A stretch of 37,761 bases of DNA from a virus (Duplodnaviria > Caudoviricetes), in the IMG/VR virus record IMGVR_UViG_3300034095_000299, positions 1-37,761 of that record, one strand, 5' to 3'. The number at the start of each line of letters is the position of its first letter. The first letter of the stretch is position 1. Positions 33,261 through 37,761 of the stretch are shown piece by piece. The translations under genes were made by a program, and so were the position numbers. The notes beneath the pieces are model-generated. The model saw only the letters and a list, made by a program, of their open reading frames with translations, did no database searches and was not told the DNA's origin.

Positions 33261-33592
33261 GGTACGAAAGCAAACCAGTATTGCAGCAAATGAGCGCACT
33301 TGCCATGTATTTGCAAGGAGAGGGATTTACCGTTGGCATGACGCACACCGGATTTATTGCTATTGATTCGGAAGGTGTGGTGTTTCAGGTCAGTCCGTTC
33401 AGGACAAGCGCACAGATTCAACACCCCATACACAAACGATTCCGCGAGGAATACTCGCGCAAACTCCCACAAACGCATTGGTTTGAGGAGCGGATGGAAA
33501 TTCTAATTAAGTGGGCAAACAATCCAAAGAGCAAGGAATGGACTCGAAAGATGTCAACATCAAGACGACCTGTGCAGCGGACAAACGCATGA
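33257..33592 (+). CDS. Hypothetical protein, paralogue A of a tandem pair
   Basis: 111 aa; ATGA overlaps at both ends; aligns without gaps to the next gene. Confidence 0.8.
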   Translation: MRYESKPVLQQMSALAMYLQGEGFTVGMTHTGFIAIDSEGVVFQVSPFRTSAQIQHPIHKRFREEYSRKLPQTHWFEERMEILIKWANNPKSKEWTRKMSTSRRPVQRTNA

Positions 33593-33930
33593 TGTACCCA
33601 ACCACCCGCAATAAGACAAAGATCCTTCGAGCAGTCATGTACCTACGGCATGAAGGCTTTACCGTTGGCCAAACAAAGACAGGGTTTGTCGCTGTTGACG
33701 ATGACGGCATTGTCATTCAAGCAACCCCGTACCGTACCAGCGCACAGATCTTTCATCCCAAACTCAAGATCTACCGTGAGGAATATGCGCTGTCCATACA
33801 GGAAACCTATTGGTTTGCTGAGAAACTGCCATTGTTGACAGAGTGGGCAAAGGATCCAAACGCAAAGGAACCCGGTCGTGTGTTGTCAATTTCCCGCAGA
33901 CCCGTACCCTCACAACAAAGAACCGCATGA
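33589..33930 (+). CDS. Hypothetical protein, paralogue B of a tandem pair
   Basis: Start revised to ATG 33589 (113 aa), supported by the ATGA overlap and colinearity with paralogue A. Confidence 0.8.
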   Translation: MMYPTTRNKTKILRAVMYLRHEGFTVGQTKTGFVAVDDDGIVIQATPYRTSAQIFHPKLKIYREEYALSIQETYWFAEKLPLLTEWAKDPNAKEPGRVLSISRRPVPSQQRTA

Positions 33931-34025
33931 TTCATACGCTTTGCTCTATACCGATTGCTTTAGTCTTCATTATTTCGTGTGGCGTGTGGCTATGGTTCTT
34001 TGACGATTCATCTCCGGACTACTAA
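33927..34025 (+). CDS. 32-aa membrane peptide
   Basis: MIHTLCSIPIALVFIISCGVWLWFFDDSSPDY*; ATGA and TAATG overlaps. Confidence 0.55.
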   Translation: MIHTLCSIPIALVFIISCGVWLWFFDDSSPDY

Positions 34026-34570
34026 TGCGACACACCAACCTACCCAACCATTTTTATGTGCAAGTTGACAACCAATACCTTGGCGCAAACATGCCAGCCG
34101 GCACAACGCCCGGTATGTGGCATGCCATCTACGCTCGACCCGGTCAGTACTTGTCCTGCCATGTCATCCTTGCGTCCGGAGCGCACTGGTCAGGTCTGCC
34201 ACTACACGCGCTGTCAACGACCGAGTCCTTTGACCCTGACTTTGATGACTCCTCGCAGCCGTGGGGAGCAATGGGAAACAACATCGAAGCCGTGCAATTC
34301 AAGGCACTTGAAGGTTTGACTGTTAACGCGTTCCGCGCCGAAACGTCAGGCATACACACAGGTATTGTGATTGATTGGGCTGATGGTTACTCGCGTTACC
34401 CCGCAGAACACAAGCCGTTGAGCCTGATCATTGCTGACGAAGGTTGGTTCTTGCTGTTGCCAAACAATCATTTCACTGTCAAGGACAAGCACTTTGTTGA
34501 CACCAAGAAGTACGTTGATCAAATGAAATTCTATAAAAGAGGCGATCTCGTATATTGGGAAACTGATTGA
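34025..34570 (+). CDS. Hypothetical protein
   Basis: 181 aa, beta-rich and aromatic; SGAHWSGLPLHAL, EHKPL, LLPNNH; no family assigned. Confidence 0.75.
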   Translation: MRHTNLPNHFYVQVDNQYLGANMPAGTTPGMWHAIYARPGQYLSCHVILASGAHWSGLPLHALSTTESFDPDFDDSSQPWGAMGNNIEAVQFKALEGLTVNAFRAETSGIHTGIVIDWADGYSRYPAEHKPLSLIIADEGWFLLLPNNHFTVKDKHFVDTKKYVDQMKFYKRGDLVYWETD

Positions 34571-34587
34571 CTTATATACTGACGTAG

Positions 34588-34830
34588 ATGACTATAAACA
34601 CTTACGACGAATTCAAAACGCATATCCGCGAGACACTTGAGTCGCAAGGATCGACACGCGGGGAACTTGCGGTTGCAATGGATAAGGCAGGGATACTCCG
34701 AGCGCACACGGTGAGGTGCTTGCTTGGTACGCCCGGTACGGTGATCGGTAAACGAAAGCCAGCATTCGACTCTGCGCTTGCCATTGCCGGCGCAGCAGGG
34801 TTCGACATCGTCCTGCGTAAACGCACATGA
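34588..34830 (+). CDS. Small HTH-like protein, probably leaderless
   Basis: 80 aa; TRGELAVAM...HTVRCLL...RKPAFDSALAIAGAAGFDIVL; TATACT (34575-34580) lies 7 nt before the ATG. Confidence 0.65.
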   Translation: MTINTYDEFKTHIRETLESQGSTRGELAVAMDKAGILRAHTVRCLLGTPGTVIGKRKPAFDSALAIAGAAGFDIVLRKRT

Positions 34831-35150
34831 TCACCAAGCGTATAGCCATCGTCGCTGTTAATGAAGACGGCTATCGCATCGGGCAATCGCATCACAACGC
34901 AAGAATCTCAGATTATGCAGTACAGTGCATAAGAGACGCACGGGAGGAAAGAGGGCTTTCCTACGGCAAATTAGCGTCAATGTTTAAACTCTCAAAGTCC
35001 ACCATACAGAAATTATGCAACTATGAAAGACGCGCCCAAATCCCTCGCGCTTACAAAAAAGTCACCCAGTACCTCTGTGATCAAGCGACCAGTGGGCAAG
35101 CCGAAGCGCGGCCCGGTCATGCACAACCCCAAGGCAGCGGAAGTACTTGA
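34827..35150 (+). CDS. HTH DNA-binding protein
   Basis: 107 aa; GQSHHNARIS...GLSYGKLASMFKLSKSTIQKLCNYERR. Confidence 0.7.
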   Translation: MITKRIAIVAVNEDGYRIGQSHHNARISDYAVQCIRDAREERGLSYGKLASMFKLSKSTIQKLCNYERRAQIPRAYKKVTQYLCDQATSGQAEARPGHAQPQGSGST

Positions 35151-35487
35151 TTGGCTGTCAACGGGTGGAACACTGCTTGAGTTTGCCAACCGCAAGGGCA
35201 ACCCGGATGTGCGTACGGTTCATCTATGGAAAGAGGAAGACGAGGAATTTGCTGCACTTTATAAGGTCGCCCGTGACAAGGGACAAGAAGCAATGCTTGA
35301 GGAATGCAAGACCCTGTGCGACACAGAGCCTACAGACGCAGTACAAGCCGCTTGGAGGCGTTTGCAGGTCGATACCCGGATGAAGTGCCTTCGGATGTGG
35401 AACCCCGCTCGGTGGGCAGAGCGCGTTGACATGAACCATTCCGGTGGCATCAGCCTGATGGTGGCAACAGGCGTACCGGAGCGGTAA
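35023..35487 (+). CDS. terS: Terminase small subunit
   Basis: PDVRTVHLW...EFAALYKVAR...RLQVDTRMK.L..WNP.RW; directly upstream of TerL with TAATG overlap. True start may be GTG 35077 or ATG 35119. Confidence 0.75.
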   Translation: MKDAPKSLALTKKSPSTSVIKRPVGKPKRGPVMHNPKAAEVLDWLSTGGTLLEFANRKGNPDVRTVHLWKEEDEEFAALYKVARDKGQEAMLEECKTLCDTEPTDAVQAAWRRLQVDTRMKCLRMWNPARWAERVDMNHSGGISLMVATGVPER

Positions 35488-36812
35488 TGGCTCGCACCGT
35501 TAGTTTGCAGTACAAGCCGCGAGCATGGCAACGGACTTGCCATGTCAGTAAGCGCAGGTTCACTGTGCTTGCCCTGCACCGTCGCGCCGGCAAGACCGAA
35601 CTTGCCATCATGGAACTCATTGACAAGGCGATTCGGTTTAAGCAGGAACTCGGCCTGTTCTTCTACATTGCCCCGTTCCTAAAGCAAGCCAAGGCTATTG
35701 CCTGGGCGCGGCTGAAACAGAAACTTGCGCCGCTCTTGCAAGAGAATGCGATTGACATTAACGAGGGCGACCTGCTTGTCACGTTTAAGCACAATGGGTG
35801 TGTCATTCGTATATTTGGTGGCGACAACCCCGACGCAATGCGCGGTGTGCGACTTGACGGATGCGTGATTGACGAGGTGTCGCAGGTCAAGCCGGAGGTG
35901 TGGAACGACATCATTCAGCCGGCATTGTCTGACCGTCAGGGTTGGGCAATGTTCATTGGCACACCGTCAGGCATCAACCTGTTCAGCGAGTTGTACTACC
36001 GCGCACAGTCGTTGCCCGATTGGAACGCCGCTCGGTACACGGTCTACGACACCCAGGCAATTGACCCCAATGAAGTCGAACGATTGAAGCGCGACATGCC
36101 TGAGACTGCGTTTGCTCGCGAGTATCTGTGCGACTTTGCCGCCGCCGGCGATGACCAGTTAATTAGCCTGTCTGACGCTGAACTTGCAGCAAGCCGCGAA
36201 TATACGGACAAGGACATTGAAGGATCACCCCGCATCATTGGCGTTGATCCTGCGCGGTTCGGTGATGACCGCAGCGTCATTGTCAAACGTCAAGGATTAA
36301 TCATGTTTCCGCCTCTTGTGTACAGGGGTATTGACAACATGGAACTTGCCGCTCGCGTTGCATCGGTCATGGAGTCTTGGGAGCCGGACGCTGTGTTTGT
36401 TGACAGCGGTGCAGGTGCAGGAGTCATTGACAGACTGCGTCAACTTGACTTTGACCCCATCGAAGTGCCGTTTGGTGGCCGCGCTATTCAGCCCGATCAG
36501 TTTGTCAATCGACGCACCGAGATGTGGTGGGGCATGAAGGAATGGATTGAGCAGGGTGGTGCAATACCGAATGACGTTCAATTGAAGCAAGAGATGGCAA
36601 CGCCTGTGTATTGGTTTGATCAGGCTGGTCGCAAGGTGCTTGAGTCAAAGGACGAAATCAAGAAGCGTTTGCAAGGTGGCGCATCACCTGACCTTGCCGA
36701 TGCGCTCGCGTTGACGTTCGCATATCCGGTTCGTAAACGATCCTTATTCGACAAGTACAAGCGCAAGTCAACTGCAAACGAAGAGTATGACCCATACAAA
36801 CACGTTGTCTAG
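35487..36812 (+). CDS. terL: Terminase large subunit
   Basis: 441 aa; HRRAGKT Walker A, CVIDE Walker B, IGTP coupling motif, nuclease GVDPARFGDD and SPDLADALALTF. Confidence 0.95.
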   Translation: MARTVSLQYKPRAWQRTCHVSKRRFTVLALHRRAGKTELAIMELIDKAIRFKQELGLFFYIAPFLKQAKAIAWARLKQKLAPLLQENAIDINEGDLLVTFKHNGCVIRIFGGDNPDAMRGVRLDGCVIDEVSQVKPEVWNDIIQPALSDRQGWAMFIGTPSGINLFSELYYRAQSLPDWNAARYTVYDTQAIDPNEVERLKRDMPETAFAREYLCDFAAAGDDQLISLSDAELAASREYTDKDIEGSPRIIGVDPARFGDDRSVIVKRQGLIMFPPLVYRGIDNMELAARVASVMESWEPDAVFVDSGAGAGVIDRLRQLDFDPIEVPFGGRAIQPDQFVNRRTEMWWGMKEWIEQGGAIPNDVQLKQEMATPVYWFDQAGRKVLESKDEIKKRLQGGASPDLADALALTFAYPVRKRSLFDKYKRKSTANEEYDPYKHVV

Positions 36813-36843
36813 TACCCGTATGCACGGTGTAGAGGGCTAATTT
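36810..36843 (+). promoter_or_regulatory. Candidate late promoter, copy 2 (TAGTACCCGTATG; CCCGTA-N17-TAATTT)
   Basis: Exact 13-nt match to 17095-17107 with the same spacing to a TAnnnT hexamer. Confidence 0.45.
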
Positions 36844-37290
36844 ATGCTGACGATTCGCCGCGCAACAATTGACGATGTGGAGGTTCTTACGCATATGAGT
36901 AGGCAATTCCACAACTTCGCGCCACATGCCGCGATGATCAACGCAACCGACACGGAACTGGAAGCCGCGATCCACGCGCTTATGGAACATGGGTGTGTGT
37001 TCGTCGCTGACCTCGGTGGCGTAGTCGTTGCCATGCTCGGCGCAATCATTAACCCCATTTGGTTCTGCCCCCGTGTCAAGATGGCGCACGAACTTGCATG
37101 GTGGGTCAACGAAGACGCACGGGGTAGCCGAGCAGCAATCCTGCTTGTCAAGGCTTACGAGGCGTGGGCAAAGGAACAAGGCGCACAGGTCGCCACAATG
37201 TCAGACCTGATGGTCAACACCACCGTGGAGCGGATGCTCACTCGGATGGGATTCCAGGCAAGCGAACGAACATACGCAAAGGAACTGTAA
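36844..37290 (+). CDS. GNAT-family acetyltransferase
   Basis: 148 aa; IRRATIDD, ELAWWVNEDARGSRAA, YEAWAKEQGA, RMGF. Confidence 0.85.
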   Translation: MLTIRRATIDDVEVLTHMSRQFHNFAPHAAMINATDTELEAAIHALMEHGCVFVADLGGVVVAMLGAIINPIWFCPRVKMAHELAWWVNEDARGSRAAILLVKAYEAWAKEQGAQVATMSDLMVNTTVERMLTRMGFQASERTYAKEL

Positions 37291-37721
37291 TGCCAGTATT
37301 TACGACTATCGGTGGAGCAATTCTTGGAAGTTCGGCAGCAATTGCAGCCGGCGGTACAGCGGGTGCAGCAGCCGCAGCAACAGCGGCAACTGTCGGCGCG
37401 GCAGCGGTTGGAGCCGGCGCAGCAGCAGCAGGTGTTGGCATTTCAGCAGCATCGTCAATGATGGGGCAACAAGCGCAACAGGACGCAATGCGTCAGCAAA
37501 AGAAGGCGCAGACCCAAGCAACTGCCGCAGCAGCATCACAGCAGCGTCAATCCGAAATGGCAATCAACGCTGCCAACCGCCGCTCACCTGATGTCAGCAG
37601 CATCATGGTTGGTGCATCGAAGGCAGCAGGTGGTGGTGTGTCAGGAACAATGCTTACCGGGCCGGCAGGTGTTGACCCGAACTCGCTCGCGCTCGGACGC
37701 AGTTCGCTGCTAGGTGGATAA
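37290..37721 (+). CDS. Ala/Gly-rich small virion protein preceding the portal gene
   Basis: Start revised to ATG 37290 (SD AAGGA, TAATG overlap); ends GTMLTGPAGV...LGRSSLLGG, typical of genes just upstream of podovirus portals. Confidence 0.7.
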   Translation: MPVFTTIGGAILGSSAAIAAGGTAGAAAAATAATVGAAAVGAGAAAAGVGISAASSMMGQQAQQDAMRQQKKAQTQATAAAASQQRQSEMAINAANRRSPDVSSIMVGASKAAGGGVSGTMLTGPAGVDPNSLALGRSSLLGG

Positions 37722-37723
37722 AC

Positions 37724-37761
37724 ATGAGTCAATACACTGGCGACAACAACTCGTACGAAAA
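37724..37761 (+). CDS. 5' end of a gene running off the window, probably the portal protein
   Basis: ATG 37724 (MSQYTGDNNSYE...), 2 nt after the previous stop; identity inferred only from gene order. Confidence 0.4.
   Translation, partial: MSQYTGDNNSYE

Noticed and set aside
34827-35150. HNH homing endonuclease
   Set aside because: Only the HTH-type portion is present; no HNH catalytic motif.

Overview
The window is almost certainly most of one tailed-phage genome of about 40 kb with podovirus-type morphogenesis genes resembling Bordetella phage BPP-1. It opens in the 3' end of the scaffold gene and closes at what is probably the start of the portal gene, so it looks circularly permuted. 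Layout: (1) a rightward virion module (capsid, cement protein, adaptor, nozzle, three ejection proteins including a 2844-aa polyvalent protein, several tail spike/fibre genes) followed by an atypical membrane/lysis-position cluster, 1-25371; (2) a leftward early module (Gp157, ERF, RusA, CsrA-like protein, HTH proteins, ABC-ATPase/GNAT fusion, small ORFs behind repeated structured leaders), 25434-31600; (3) about 1.1 kb with no convincing ORF, packed with hairpins, 31690-32810; (4) a rightward module (helicase-loader-like protein, a tandem paralogue pair, HTH genes, TerS, TerL, GNAT), 32811-37761. I could not recognise a DNA polymerase, primase, helicase, replication initiator, integrase, reverse transcriptase or canonical endolysin. 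The main candidate for an undescribed system is RNA-based: a large structured non-coding element sitting where a replication initiator gene is expected, two covarying leader repeats, a terminator-associated segment antisense to those leaders, and a CsrA-like protein. All family calls are from motif recognition by eye; no database search or folding program was run.
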